The notes: a model not told the origin generated them from the letters alone. A stretch of DNA of 64,000 nucleotides from an uncultured Hyphomicrobiales bacterium (GCA_964544155.1 CAZJAH010000001.1:23304-87303); one strand, 5' to 3'; shown: positions 8,884 through 19,435, counted from the first letter of the stretch. Program-made: numbers and translations.

Positions 8884-11361
8884 ATGAACAAGCTTGCTAA
8901 AATACCGTTTTTTCTTATACTTTTTTTTGTTCTCGCTGCGGCATTCATAATATTTGCCTATAATCTTGCAGAGATTTCCATTAACGAAAATTTCGAAGAA
9001 ATCAGCTCGGAAGATGTGAGCGGAGAAACAAGGGTATTCAGGGATCATTACGGCTTACCTTTTATAAAAAGCAATAACGAAGCAGACGCTTATTTTTCTC
9101 TTGGTTATATCCATGCTAAGGACAGGCTGTGGCAGATGGACATTCTTCGAAGAATTGCTTACGGGGAATTATCCGAAATAATCGGGAAAGAAACAGTTAA
9201 AGCAGATAAATTTTTAAGATGTTTCGATATTAAATCTGTTTCGAAAGACATTTTCAATTCTTTAAACACAAAAGAGAAAAAACTTCTCCGGACCTATTCC
9301 GCCGGCATTAATACATTTATTGAAAAAAACAGTGGAAGGCTGTCGTTTGAATTTGGGGCATTAGATTATTACCCTGAAGCATGGAGGCCGGAGGATTGTA
9401 TAGCGCTCGGCAAGCTGATTGCTTTCGAGATGTCTCTCGGTATATGGATAGACGCCGCTTTTGGCGATATTGCTAACCAGTTGGGGCCTGAGATGGCGCG
9501 CAGCCTTATTCCGGGTGTTCATTCCGACATGCCATATATAAAAGATCCCAGGCAGGCCAAAGGGCTGCACGATGATACGCTTTTATCCCGAGACAGTCGA
9601 ATACCTGTGGAGACTTTTTTCGATGCCGCGGCTTCAGTAAGAGAGATACTCGGCATTAAAGGCACTTCAATCGGAAGCAATTGCTGGGCTGTCAGCAGAA
9701 GCCTGTACGGAGCTGAAGGCGCCCTGCTTGCTAACGACCCCCACCTGCCCTTTATGTTGCCGCCACACTGGTACCCCGTGCATATTCATAACGGTGAGGA
9801 TAATATCATTGGGATGACATTACCCGGAATGCCTTTTGTGATATCAGGAAGAAATGAAAAAATTGCCTGGGGTATAACAAATCTCATGTTAGATGACTTC
9901 GATTACTTCATTGAAAAAACAGATGATTCCGGTGATTACTACTACTTCGATGGCGAAAAAAAGAAGTTTGAATACATAATTGATACTATAAAAGTTAAAA
10001 ACGAGAATGATGAGGTTTATTATTTTAGAAAAAACCATCGGTCTAAAGTAATATCTGATTTTCATCTTTTGGAAAATCCCTCCCTGCTGCTGCAAATCCC
10101 GGGAGATGATGAGGATAATTTGTTTCAGAATTATGTGCTTACATTTAAATGGACCGGCCACAGAAAAAGCAATGAAATACATAGTTTATATCAGATAAGC
10201 AAAGCTAAGGGCTATCGTGAGTTCAGCAGGGCACTGGACAGCTGGGGAAGCCCCGCTTTGGTATTCCATTATGCAGATTCTAACGGCTTTGTGGCAGTAA
10301 GGCCGGCCGGAATTGTCCCAGAACGCAGGGGCATGGACCCCATGCTTCCCAATCCCGGATGGGATTCACAAATTGACTGGAAGGGATACATTACTTCGGA
10401 TAAGCTGGATGGCATGTACAATCCCGAAAAAAAGTATGTGATCAGCGCTAATAACAGAATCGAAAGCAGCGATAATATATACTTCGGAAACTATTGGGAA
10501 CCATATTCCAGAGCATTCAGGATTGAGCAGCTGCTTACTTCATCTTATGACCACAATGTAAAAGACGCGCAATATGTGCAAAATGATGTTTTATCACCTT
10601 ATGCATCAGAATTGCTGAAAGAAACAATGCCTGTACTCGAAAAACACCAAAACCTGCTTAAGGGAAATGAGCTCAAAGCATACAGACAGCTAAAAGAATG
10701 GGATTACATACTCACGCCCGCCAGCAGCACGGCTTCTATTTACTCGGTTTACCTCGAAAACCTTATTTATTCTACGTTTCTTGATGAACTCGGCGAAAGC
10801 CTCTTAAAAAAGTATATGTTTACTTCAAACATTATGTCGCGGAAAATGATGGAACTTCTGAAACAGGGAAAATCAGATTGGTTCGACATAATTACAACCG
10901 GCGAACGCGAAAACAGGGATTTCATCATATTCGAAAGTTTCAGGAAAGCAGTGAAAAGCCTGGAGCAAACATTCGAGGGAAAAAACATACAGGACTGGAT
11001 TTGGGGCGACCTGCATCAACTCAAGCTGGTACACCTGTTTGGAGTGAACGATTTCATGAATGAAACAGTTAATCTCGGCCCTTACCCTATAGGCGGTGAT
11101 AACACCACTATAAACAATACCCAGTGGCGCTTCTTTAATCCTTATCAGCCTGTTATCGGGGCTTCCATGCGCCTTATTGCAGACTTAAAGGATACAGTTA
11201 TATATGTTAGTATGCCGGGTGGTGTCTCAGGTGACCCTGTACACCCAAATTATTCCAACCAGGTTCAGCTTTGGCTCAACGGCGGGTATATAGAATATCC
11301 CTTTTCTGCTGAGCCGGGAAACGATTACCGCGAGAGTTTGTTCATTAAACCGGTTGATTAG
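8884..11361 (+). CDS. Penicillin acylase family Ntn-hydrolase (possible acyl-homoserine-lactone/penicillin amidase), membrane-anchored
   Basis: N-terminal transmembrane anchor. Alpha-subunit-like region, then the autoproteolytic nucleophile motif GSNCWAV that begins the beta subunit. Length 825 aa is typical of PvdQ/penicillin G acylase. Confidence 0.8.
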   Translation: MNKLAKIPFFLILFFVLAAAFIIFAYNLAEISINENFEEISSEDVSGETRVFRDHYGLPFIKSNNEADAYFSLGYIHAKDRLWQMDILRRIAYGELSEIIGKETVKADKFLRCFDIKSVSKDIFNSLNTKEKKLLRTYSAGINTFIEKNSGRLSFEFGALDYYPEAWRPEDCIALGKLIAFEMSLGIWIDAAFGDIANQLGPEMARSLIPGVHSDMPYIKDPRQAKGLHDDTLLSRDSRIPVETFFDAAASVREILGIKGTSIGSNCWAVSRSLYGAEGALLANDPHLPFMLPPHWYPVHIHNGEDNIIGMTLPGMPFVISGRNEKIAWGITNLMLDDFDYFIEKTDDSGDYYYFDGEKKKFEYIIDTIKVKNENDEVYYFRKNHRSKVISDFHLLENPSLLLQIPGDDEDNLFQNYVLTFKWTGHRKSNEIHSLYQISKAKGYREFSRALDSWGSPALVFHYADSNGFVAVRPAGIVPERRGMDPMLPNPGWDSQIDWKGYITSDKLDGMYNPEKKYVISANNRIESSDNIYFGNYWEPYSRAFRIEQLLTSSYDHNVKDAQYVQNDVLSPYASELLKETMPVLEKHQNLLKGNELKAYRQLKEWDYILTPASSTASIYSVYLENLIYSTFLDELGESLLKKYMFTSNIMSRKMMELLKQGKSDWFDIITTGERENRDFIIFESFRKAVKSLEQTFEGKNIQDWIWGDLHQLKLVHLFGVNDFMNETVNLGPYPIGGDNTTINNTQWRFFNPYQPVIGASMRLIADLKDTVIYVSMPGGVSGDPVHPNYSNQVQLWLNGGYIEYPFSAEPGNDYRESLFIKPVD

Positions 11362-12116
11362 GCTTTCATCATAATGTATGCCGCCATGCGTCCCGATAAA
11401 TCCTTATCCCTGCGGTAGGAATGATACTGTTTGTCGCTGATCGTACAACTTGAAGAATACTCAATGTTTTCCTGTTTAATACCGATTTCCTTAAGGCTGT
11501 CGATGATTGTTTCCTTTATATCTAATAAATATTTGCCCTTTTCTTTCCGGATTTTGCCTTTGCTGAATTTTTCGGCTACTTCCGCGCCAACTTCATAATT
11601 TTCCCCGGAAGCGCAGGCAGACAGGTAAACCAGAATATCCCCGGGATTGCTGCCGAATTCAGTTATCATCATATTAATGCCTTTAGGGCTTATATTGAGG
11701 GCGGTACCCCTCCACCCCGAATGGAAAGCGCCTATTGCTTCATTAACGGGGTCATAAACCAAAACGGCGCAGCAGTCAGCTATAGTGATATTGAGCGCTA
11801 TACCTTTTTCATCGGTTATCATTCCGTCGGATTCTTCAATGGGTGAATTCTTATCTACCCTTCTTATTCTGTCTTCATGTACCTGCTTCTGGAATTTTAT
11901 GTTATCAACGTCTATTCCAAGGAAATCCGCGAAGTAGGATCTGTGCTTTACAAGTCCGTCGGCATCAAGCAGTTTCGAGGGAAATATTGAAAATCCTGTT
12001 TGAGGAAAAATCTTCTCATTTCTGTGTGTCACGCCGGATAGAATTCTATCTTTTGGAAAAATCTCCGGCCTGTCGGTTTTAAAGGCTTCGTTATGCAGCA
12101 TAAACAAATTGATCAA
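11358..12116 (-). CDS. pgeF: YfiH/PgeF family protein (DUF152; purine nucleoside phosphorylase / peptidoglycan editing factor)
   Basis: Conserved motifs GAFHSGWRG and C-terminal HSYRRD. Length 252 aa. It overlaps the acylase gene end by 4 bp, convergently. Confidence 0.75.
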   Translation of the reverse strand: MINLFMLHNEAFKTDRPEIFPKDRILSGVTHRNEKIFPQTGFSIFPSKLLDADGLVKHRSYFADFLGIDVDNIKFQKQVHEDRIRRVDKNSPIEESDGMITDEKGIALNITIADCCAVLVYDPVNEAIGAFHSGWRGTALNISPKGINMMITEFGSNPGDILVYLSACASGENYEVGAEVAEKFSKGKIRKEKGKYLLDIKETIIDSLKEIGIKQENIEYSSSCTISDKQYHSYRRDKDLSGRMAAYIMMKA

Positions 12117-12183
12117 AATGTTAAGAATATATTTATAAAAACTGACGTAATGTCTATCATTTCTATTCTAATAATAATTTCAT

Positions 12184-12217
12184 AAGTAGCCTTATGAAAA
12201 ATGCCTGAAGGCTACTT
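12184..12217 (-). terminator. Hairpin terminator at the 3' end of comEC
   Basis: Perfect 10-bp inverted repeat AAGTAGCCTT...AAGGCTACTT. On the - strand it is followed by an A/T-rich, U-containing tract. Confidence 0.4.
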
Positions 12218-14065
12218 ATTATCGATGAGCTGCGGCAGATGATCTTCCGTTCCCAGGATATCTTTTAACCTGATGAGCATATCGAGTGGTATTTCGAATG
12301 TTGAGATTTTTCTTTCATTTTTGATTTTATCGGCCAGGTTAATACCGGTGTTGCCGTTAATGCCGAGAAGCAGCTTGCCGGGTTGATTTTTTATATATTC
12401 CTCCATGCCGACATCTCTTAGCGGATATAATGAAGGCCGCCTGTCGGAGATCAGGAATACCGTCCGGTCATAGCCATCCTTGATCTCTATGGCTGTGAAC
12501 TGCTCACGCGGAAATATCTTTATTTCCCCCTCAGGCTTATCACTCAAATTAATAAATAATATAAATAACGCTGCCGTATAGCCTAATCTGATAACAAATG
12601 CCTTTATACTTTTCGAATAAATGAAGATAAGTATAAGCGCCGAAATTATCATGGATAGCAGGAAAGCCTCATCACCCCGGTAAAAGCTATTCTCTACGTG
12701 TATGAAAAGTGAATTGATTTCAATTCCAAGCTTAAGCAAAAATTCGGCGCTAAGCGCGAATAACTTTCCTATAGCGGGGATAAATGAAAAAACAAGCGCG
12801 GGCAGGCTGAAAATAAGCGCCATACTGAATAATGGCACCGCGGCTAAGTTCACTATGGGTGAAACAAATGATACTATACCGAAATACAGGGCTGCCAGGG
12901 GCACGGCAATAATCGACACAGCCAAATTCAAGGCTAAGAGATTTACCACCGGCGCAGGAATGTATTTATTCAGGCGGGAAATTCTATTGCTGATCAGTTC
13001 ATAAAAAACGGCAATCCCTCCCACGGCCGCAAATGAAAGCTGAAATCCGGCGGAAAACATCACATTCGGATCGCCTAATAACATTATCACTGCAGCCAGA
13101 GCGACAATATTCAGAGGATGAGGCTTTCTTTCGAGAAGCAGTGAAAATTTATAGAGGGCTATCATGATCGCTGCTCTCAGAGCGGAAGGCTGCATTCCTG
13201 TCAGTGATACTACAATAGCCAGCGCCAGCAAGAAAGCAATAAAAGCGGGCACTCTGCCCGGAATATAAATTGTTAATATATGGATCAGTAAAGCAATTAT
13301 CCCTATATGCAGGCCACTGATGGCCAGAAAGTGCGCCGTGCCTGAGTTTTGGAATAATTCATAAATCCCGGGATCGATGTCAGAGCGGTCACCGCTTGTC
13401 ATTGCAGTAAATATAGCTGCCAGGTTTTCATCATAGTATTCATTATTAATTTTTTTGATCATCTTCCTTATGCTATAAACAATATTTTCGAATGTGCCGG
13501 GGCTGCCTGTTACCGCCAGGTCATTTGGTTTGCAGACAGCCACCCATTGTGAATTGAAAGAGCTCAAATAGAGCTGTTCGTTGAACTCTCCGGGCAAATT
13601 GGGCTTGCGGGCAAATCTTACCCTGGCATCAGCAAAAATCGCCGTACCCGGCGCTAAAGCACTATCGCAAAAGCAGGTCAGCAATATTGTCTGCCCCTTA
13701 AATGATGGCAGCAGCCTTGTATCTATCTTTGCGTCTGTGATCAGATAGCGGCTGTAACCGTCCGCTTCCTTAAGGATTCTGTCTACTTTACCGCTTATGA
13801 GCGCATACTGCGGGCCCGTTATCTTATCCGGCAGAGGGAGCTTATCAGATACGGATTTAAATGAAAGCAATAATCCTATTGCCAATCCCAGGAATATATA
13901 AGTGAAAAGGCCGCGTTTAAGGATCAGAAAAGCAATTCCGGCTATCAGCATTAATATGGAAAGTACAAGTATTGCCGTGGCGGATTCAATTAAGTATCCG
14001 CTGAAAATACCGGCCAATATAAGGGCCAGCAGCTTTAACGCGGGCAGTTTGGATATGCTTATCAT
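12212..14065 (-). CDS. comEC: ComEC/Rec2 family competence membrane protein (no C-terminal metallo-beta-lactamase domain)
   Basis: N-terminal DUF4131-like region (MISISKLPALKLLALILAGIF...) followed by a polytopic Competence domain (FQNSGTAHFLAISGLHIGII). It ends at 617 aa without an MBL fold. Confidence 0.75.
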   Translation of the reverse strand: MISISKLPALKLLALILAGIFSGYLIESATAILVLSILMLIAGIAFLILKRGLFTYIFLGLAIGLLLSFKSVSDKLPLPDKITGPQYALISGKVDRILKEADGYSRYLITDAKIDTRLLPSFKGQTILLTCFCDSALAPGTAIFADARVRFARKPNLPGEFNEQLYLSSFNSQWVAVCKPNDLAVTGSPGTFENIVYSIRKMIKKINNEYYDENLAAIFTAMTSGDRSDIDPGIYELFQNSGTAHFLAISGLHIGIIALLIHILTIYIPGRVPAFIAFLLALAIVVSLTGMQPSALRAAIMIALYKFSLLLERKPHPLNIVALAAVIMLLGDPNVMFSAGFQLSFAAVGGIAVFYELISNRISRLNKYIPAPVVNLLALNLAVSIIAVPLAALYFGIVSFVSPIVNLAAVPLFSMALIFSLPALVFSFIPAIGKLFALSAEFLLKLGIEINSLFIHVENSFYRGDEAFLLSMIISALILIFIYSKSIKAFVIRLGYTAALFILFINLSDKPEGEIKIFPREQFTAIEIKDGYDRTVFLISDRRPSLYPLRDVGMEEYIKNQPGKLLLGINGNTGINLADKIKNERKISTFEIPLDMLIRLKDILGTEDHLPQLIDNK

Positions 14066-14302
14066 GCTAAAGATATGTTGTATATTATTATTCTATTCAA
14101 AATACAAAAATATCGCGAAATATAGTAGCAATCCTAAATCATTGGCGTAAAATTAATTGCAATTGAATATTTAGACCGGCTAATATAATTTTTAAGCCTT
14201 GTTTAACTTTTTTACAATTATTTTGATAAATATCAGTCTAATCTGCCGAATGAATTTTCATTTTTTATTTTCCATTTAAATCAAAACAAGGAGTAATTAG
14301 AA

Positions 14303-14962
14303 ATGGAACATATGGAAACAACAAGCATACCAATGATAGGCGATAAAATGCCTGAAATGAAAGTTAGAACGACTCTCGGCGAGATCAATATACCTAAAGA
14401 TTATGAAGGTAAATGGTTTATACTTTTCAGCCATCCTGCTGATTTTACACCTGTTTGTACAACAGAATTCGTAGCCTTCCAAAAAAGGTATGATGAATTC
14501 AAAAAACTCAATACCGAGCTCATAGGCCTAAGTATCGATCAGATATTCTCACATATCAAATGGGTGGACTGGATAAAAGAAAACTTGGATATCGAGATTG
14601 AATTTCCCGTGATAGCCGATGACGGTGAATTTGCCAAAAAGCTTGGCCTTATTCATCCCGTTAAAGGAAATAACACTGTACGCGGCGTATTTATAGTTGA
14701 TCCGAAGGGCGTACTAAGGTCTGTGCTTTATTATCCTCAGGAATTAGGACGTAACTTTGATGAATTCCTCAGGATGATCAAAGGGTTCCAGGTATCTGAT
14801 GCTGAAAAAGTAGCTATGCCCGCGAACTGGCCTAATAATGAACTCATAGGCGATAAAGTTATCGTTCCCCCGGCAACTGATATCAAAGCTGCTAGATTCA
14901 AACAAGAGAGGTATGATAACTACGACTGGTGGTTCTGCTACAAGGACATGGAAAAGAAATAA
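14303..14962 (+). CDS. 1-Cys peroxiredoxin (Prx6-like thiol peroxidase)
   Basis: Peroxidatic cysteine motif FTPVCTTE and typical Prx fold residues. A strong AAGGAG sits 8 nt upstream of the ATG. Confidence 0.85.
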   Translation: MEHMETTSIPMIGDKMPEMKVRTTLGEINIPKDYEGKWFILFSHPADFTPVCTTEFVAFQKRYDEFKKLNTELIGLSIDQIFSHIKWVDWIKENLDIEIEFPVIADDGEFAKKLGLIHPVKGNNTVRGVFIVDPKGVLRSVLYYPQELGRNFDEFLRMIKGFQVSDAEKVAMPANWPNNELIGDKVIVPPATDIKAARFKQERYDNYDWWFCYKDMEKK

Positions 14963-14988
14963 TTAAGCATATAAATAATAGCTTATCC

Positions 14989-15023
14989 CCCGGCAGTTTT
15001 AAATGACTGCCGGGATTTTTTTT
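14989..15023 (+). terminator. Rho-independent terminator after the peroxiredoxin gene
   Basis: Stem CCCGGCAGT-tttaaatg-ACTGCCGGG followed by TTTTTTTT. Confidence 0.7.
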
Positions 15024-15114
15024 ATTAAGGAATGATTTATTTATTAAACTTTATCAAAATTCTTAAATTTGTTATTCTGTAAAAATTAATAAAAATTATA
15101 ATACCGGTGAATAA

Positions 15115-16947
15115 ATGTGCGGAATAGTAGGATATTTAGGCGACAGGGAAGTATCACAAGTATTACTGAACGGGCTCAAAAGAATGGAATACCGGGGATA
15201 TGATTCCGCCGGGATGTCATTTTTTGAAAAGGGCATCATTTCAACTATAAAAAAACAAGGCAAAGTTTCCGAATTAGAGAAAATGATACAACATGATAAC
15301 ATTACATCTAAAGCAGGAATAGCTCATACACGCTGGGCGACTCACGGATACCCAAATGACCTTAACGCTCACCCCCACCTGGATAATTCCGGCAGGATAG
15401 CCATTGTGCATAACGGTATTATTGAGAATTACATTCCGCTAAAGCAGAAACTCCTGCAAAGTGGATATAGTTTCGAATCAGATACCGATTCAGAAGTTCT
15501 GGCGGTTTTTATCGGCGCGCTTTATGATAAAACCGGCGACCTGGAATCCTCCGTAAGGCTGGCGCTATCGGAAATTAACGGCACATTCGGCATACTGGTA
15601 TTATCTAGTGAGTATCCCGATAAGCTGATAGCCGCCCGGCGCGGAAGCCCCATGGTGCTGGGTATAGGTGATGAGGAATTCATTGTTGCCTCAGATGCCG
15701 CCGCGATCATTCAGTACACAAAGCAGGTTATATACCTTGAAGATAACGAAATGGCTATTATCGGAAGGGATGATTTCATCACAAAAACTATTGACAATGA
15801 AAAAACCAGAAGCATAATACATGAAATTGAATTTGACCTCGAGCAGATAGAAAAGGGCGGCTTCGAACACTTTATGCTGAAAGAAATTTTCGAGCAGCCC
15901 GAAACCATTCAGGACGCATTCCGGGGAAGGCTGCTGGAAGATGAGGGTAACGTTAAGCTCGGAGGGCTTAGAAATGTTCTGGATAAGCTCAGGGACGCCA
16001 ACAGAATAATCATCACTGCCTGCGGTACTTCATGGCATGCCGGCCTGGTCGGCGAATACATGATCGAGCATCTGACCAATATTCCCGTAGAAGTAGAGTA
16101 TGCCTCTGAATTCAGATACAGAAATCCTGTAATTACAAAAGAAGACGTTGTGTTAGCGATAAGCCAAAGCGGTGAAACTGCCGATACACTGGCAGCCGTG
16201 AAGGAAGCCAAGCGCAAAGGCGCCACTGTTTTGGGTATAGTGAATGTGGTGGGCAGCAGCATAGCCCGCGAAACCGAATCGGGAATTTATATACATGCCG
16301 GCCCTGAGATTGGTGTAGCGTCTACAAAGGCTTTCACCTCGCAGCTCGCCGTGCTGACTCTTGTTGCTTTACTCACAGGCAGAATGAGGAATCTCTCACA
16401 CGCAGACGGCAAAAAGCTTGCTCATGAATTAATTCAGATACCGGATAAGATAAGAGATATTCTAACGCAATCTGAAAAGATCAGGAAAATCGCCAAAGAA
16501 TATGCTAAGGTTAAGAACTGCCTTTATCTCGGAAGGGGATATAACTTCCCGGTAGCGCTTGAAGGGGCGCTTAAACTGAAGGAAATATCATACATTCACG
16601 CGGAAGGCTACCCCGCCGCGGAAATGAAGCACGGGCCTATCGCGCTTATAGATGAAAATATGCCTGTGGTATTTATTGCTATGAAGGACGAGATCTATGA
16701 TAAAGTGCTATCTAACATCGAAGAAGTAAGGGCTCGCAAAGGTAAAGTTATTGCGATAGCAAGCGAGGGAGATGAATATATTTATCAGTTTGCCAACCAT
16801 GTAATTCATGTACCGGAAACTATTCCCATGCTGTCCCCCATTCTTACGGTTATACCGCTGCAGCTGCTGGCTTACTACACGGCTGTGGAACTGGGGTGCA
16901 ATGTGGATCAGCCAAGGAACCTGGCAAAAAGCGTAACTGTGGAATAA
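15115..16947 (+). CDS. glmS: Glutamine--fructose-6-phosphate aminotransferase (isomerising)
   Basis: Begins MCGIVGY, giving the Ntn Cys after Met. Two SIS domains. It ends in the canonical ...KSVTVE. Confidence 0.95.
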   Translation: MCGIVGYLGDREVSQVLLNGLKRMEYRGYDSAGMSFFEKGIISTIKKQGKVSELEKMIQHDNITSKAGIAHTRWATHGYPNDLNAHPHLDNSGRIAIVHNGIIENYIPLKQKLLQSGYSFESDTDSEVLAVFIGALYDKTGDLESSVRLALSEINGTFGILVLSSEYPDKLIAARRGSPMVLGIGDEEFIVASDAAAIIQYTKQVIYLEDNEMAIIGRDDFITKTIDNEKTRSIIHEIEFDLEQIEKGGFEHFMLKEIFEQPETIQDAFRGRLLEDEGNVKLGGLRNVLDKLRDANRIIITACGTSWHAGLVGEYMIEHLTNIPVEVEYASEFRYRNPVITKEDVVLAISQSGETADTLAAVKEAKRKGATVLGIVNVVGSSIARETESGIYIHAGPEIGVASTKAFTSQLAVLTLVALLTGRMRNLSHADGKKLAHELIQIPDKIRDILTQSEKIRKIAKEYAKVKNCLYLGRGYNFPVALEGALKLKEISYIHAEGYPAAEMKHGPIALIDENMPVVFIAMKDEIYDKVLSNIEEVRARKGKVIAIASEGDEYIYQFANHVIHVPETIPMLSPILTVIPLQLLAYYTAVELGCNVDQPRNLAKSVTVE

Positions 16948-17029
16948 TAATTATAAAATAAACCACAGCGGACGGGAGTTTTTTAATGCATGATTCCGCT
17001 GTGGCCTATCTAATTGGAAACCGGATAAC

Positions 17030-17521
17030 TTATCTGCCTCTCAGAGGCTTGCCGTCCCTCCTGTCTCTGCTTTTTTCCCACAGCATCCGCTTTAATTCGC
17101 GGTCGAACACCTTTTCGAAAACCGTGTATTTAGCAAAACCTTCCTCGCCCAATAGCTCAAGGAATGCTTCATGCCTCTCTTTAAGCAGGTCATCCAATTT
17201 CTTTCTATATTCTACGATCTTTGACGCGTTTTTTTTAAGCGCTTTGTCATTTTTATCAGTCATGTTTGAAATTCTGCTCTCGCGGATCAAATCTTCCAGC
17301 TTATCTTCCAGTTCCATGGTTCGATCTTCATAATCATTGAAAAGAAGCAGGAATTTATCTGCTTTTTCCCTTTCCATATCCATGAAATCAAGCATTTTCA
17401 CTTTTTTGATCTGCATCAGGTTCTCCATGATCCTATCTCTTGGAGGTACAGCATTACTTACCTCTGGCAAAAGAAAGAGTACTATCAGAAAACAGCTTAT
17501 ATTAACTATCGATCTGTACAT
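17030..17521 (-). CDS. Periplasmic helical protein (Spy/CpxP / LTXXQ-like) encoded after the sigma/anti-sigma pair
   Basis: Signal peptide. The mature part is highly charged and helical (DKFLLLFNDYEDRTMELEDKLEDL...). It overlaps the anti-sigma gene end by about 20 bp, which implies co-transcription. Confidence 0.5.
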   Translation of the reverse strand: MYRSIVNISCFLIVLFLLPEVSNAVPPRDRIMENLMQIKKVKMLDFMDMEREKADKFLLLFNDYEDRTMELEDKLEDLIRESRISNMTDKNDKALKKNASKIVEYRKKLDDLLKERHEAFLELLGEEGFAKYTVFEKVFDRELKRMLWEKSRDRRDGKPLRGR

Positions 17522-18176
17522 TTTGTGCTACCTCTATAATAATTTCCAGGTTATTTTCTTCAAATTCATTAATGATTGTTTCGAGTTTAATTTCATTTAG
17601 CAGATTCTTAATGTCCTCATCGGCATTATCTTCGGCCAAAATATTCATTTCTGCCAAATAGATATCTTCTGTATCAGGGGCAAGGAGGCTTGCTTCCGGC
17701 AGGCCGCTTTCATCGATTATAACCGGCAGTTCGTTATATGCTGTTTCCGGTGGTATAAGAGAATTTATCATTACAATTTCAGTTTCGCTAAATAATTCTG
17801 TTTGAACTTCGGCTGATTGTGCCGGCATATCATCATTTTTGAAATAAGTGATGAAAACGATTGCCACAACAAATAGCAGCGCGGCGCCGGGCATAACCAG
17901 GCGGTATAGAGGGCCGGCAGACATTCCCTTTTTTCTTTTTGAGAGTTTTTCCTTTACTTTTAGGTTTAGGTTACGTGTGCGCCTCGAAGTATCATTATCA
18001 ATTTCCAATCGGTCGATCTTTGAGAATACTTCGCCGGCATCATGGGTTTCCTTAAGTATATCGGGATATTTATTCAGGTTTGCTTCAAATGCTTCGCTTT
18101 CTTCTGCATTTAGCGATCCGAAGATATAATCGGGAAGCATTTCCTGCATTTCTCTATGGCTTAGTTCTCTGTTCAT
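17502..18176 (-). CDS. Anti-sigma factor (single-pass membrane, N-terminal cytoplasmic sigma-binding domain)
   Basis: Immediately downstream of, and 4-bp overlapping with, the ECF sigma gene. N-terminal region MNRELSHREMQEMLPDYIFGSL is typical of anti-sigma (RskA/ChrR-like) proteins. One transmembrane helix (GAALLFVVAIVFITYF). Acidic periplasmic tail. Confidence 0.6.
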   Translation of the reverse strand: MNRELSHREMQEMLPDYIFGSLNAEESEAFEANLNKYPDILKETHDAGEVFSKIDRLEIDNDTSRRTRNLNLKVKEKLSKRKKGMSAGPLYRLVMPGAALLFVVAIVFITYFKNDDMPAQSAEVQTELFSETEIVMINSLIPPETAYNELPVIIDESGLPEASLLAPDTEDIYLAEMNILAEDNADEDIKNLLNEIKLETIINEFEENNLEIIIEVAQNVQIDS

Positions 18177-18766
18177 AATTCACCATCTTGATTATCTTTT
18201 AATATTATTGCCAGCTTTTTTACTGCCTGGTGGTAATTTGCTTTTAGTCCGCTTTCGCTAGTCCCTAAAAGCCCTGATATTTCTTTGTACGGTAAATCAT
18301 CAAAATATCTTAGGGCGAAAGTTTCGCGTTGTTTTTCGGGTAATTCAGAAAGCGCCTTCATGAACCTGGCATTAAAATCATCTTCCATTACACCGCTATC
18401 GGCTGAAAATTGTCCGGCGAACATATCGGGATCGATTTCATCACGACCGGTAATGAATTTCTTAAGCTTTCTTTTTCTTAAGGAATTGATAGAAACGTTA
18501 ACTGTAATACGGTAAAGCCAGGTTTTCAGAGAACTTCCCCGTTTAAATTTATGGAGGTTGTCCAACGCTTTGATAAAAGCTTCCTGCGCCGCGTCATCGG
18601 CATCCTCATGGTTTTGCAGATAACGCAGCGCGGTACTATAAACAAAGTTCCTGAATTTCTGTACAAGATAAGAAGCCGCGCGTTCGCTGCGCGTTTCGGT
18701 GTAGTCCCTGATAAGGTCTTCTTCTCTTCTGTATATATCCAACACTCTTTCCATCTCTTTCTCCAA
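18173..18766 (-). CDS. ECF-type RNA polymerase sigma-70 family factor
   Basis: Region 2 (...TWLYRITVN...) and region 4 helix-turn-helix (DDLPYKEISGLLGTSESGLKANYHQAVKKL). Length 197 aa. Confidence 0.85.
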   Translation of the reverse strand: MEKEMERVLDIYRREEDLIRDYTETRSERAASYLVQKFRNFVYSTALRYLQNHEDADDAAQEAFIKALDNLHKFKRGSSLKTWLYRITVNVSINSLRKRKLKKFITGRDEIDPDMFAGQFSADSGVMEDDFNARFMKALSELPEKQRETFALRYFDDLPYKEISGLLGTSESGLKANYHQAVKKLAIILKDNQDGEL

Positions 18767-18829
18767 TCTGAAATCTGTTACTTAGACAGGAAAAAGCTTG
18801 AAATGGTTTAAAGGACAGATTGTTATTAG

Positions 18830-19309
18830 TTAAATTGCTTTAGAAATATCAATTATCTCAAATTCATTAACTCCCGCGGGAACCCTGAATTCTGCTGTTT
18901 CACCGATTTTTTTACCCATAAGAGCTTTACCCAGGGGAGAAGTAACGGCAATTTTATTTTTTTCAAAATCAGCTTCTTCCGCGCTAACAAGAGTATATTC
19001 CATTTCGTCGCCGGTTCTTTTATTTTTTACTTTTACTTTGGAAAGAATGTAAACCTTATCATCAGGAAAATCATTTGCTTTAATAATCTGGCTGCTGGCA
19101 AGCATATTGCTGAGCTTCTGGATTTTAAGTTCAAGCAGGCCCTGCTCGTCTTTAGCTGCATCGTAATCGGCATTTTCAGAAAGGTCGCCGTGCGAACGCG
19201 CGTCAGCTATCTTTTGGGCTATTTCTTTCCTGCCTTTTGTTTTGAGTTCATGGAGCTCTTTCTCGATCTCCCGTACTCTTTCTTTTGTCATGTAAATTGT
19301 TCCGGCCAT
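18830..19309 (-). CDS. greA: Transcription elongation factor GreA
   Basis: Begins MTKERVREIEKELHELKTKGRKEIAQKIADARSHGDLSENADYDAAKDEQ, a GreA coiled-coil with acidic tip residues. C-terminal FKBP-like domain. Length 159 aa. Confidence 0.9.
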   Translation of the reverse strand: MAGTIYMTKERVREIEKELHELKTKGRKEIAQKIADARSHGDLSENADYDAAKDEQGLLELKIQKLSNMLASSQIIKANDFPDDKVYILSKVKVKNKRTGDEMEYTLVSAEEADFEKNKIAVTSPLGKALMGKKIGETAEFRVPAGVNEFEIIDISKAI

Positions 19310-19361
19310 TATAAAAATCTCCGAATTTGAAATTTGTTTTAAAAAAAAATATATAAATTGT

Positions 19362-19399
19362 CTTAAATAAAAAATAAAGCCATTTGCGTAAACGGCTTT
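19362..19399 (-). terminator. Rho-independent terminator downstream of ribBA
   Basis: On the - strand, AAAGCCgtttacgcaaatGGCTTT is followed by a ATTTTTTATTT run. Confidence 0.5.
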
Positions 19400-19435
19400 A
19401 TTATGTTATGATAAATTTAATAAAGTACTTAACAG

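Noticed and set aside
18767-18829. Inverted repeat AATCTGT…ACAGATT between the sigma gene and greA, as a terminator
   Set aside because: The stem is only 7 bp with a loop of about 45 nt and no U-tract, so it is not a credible intrinsic terminator.
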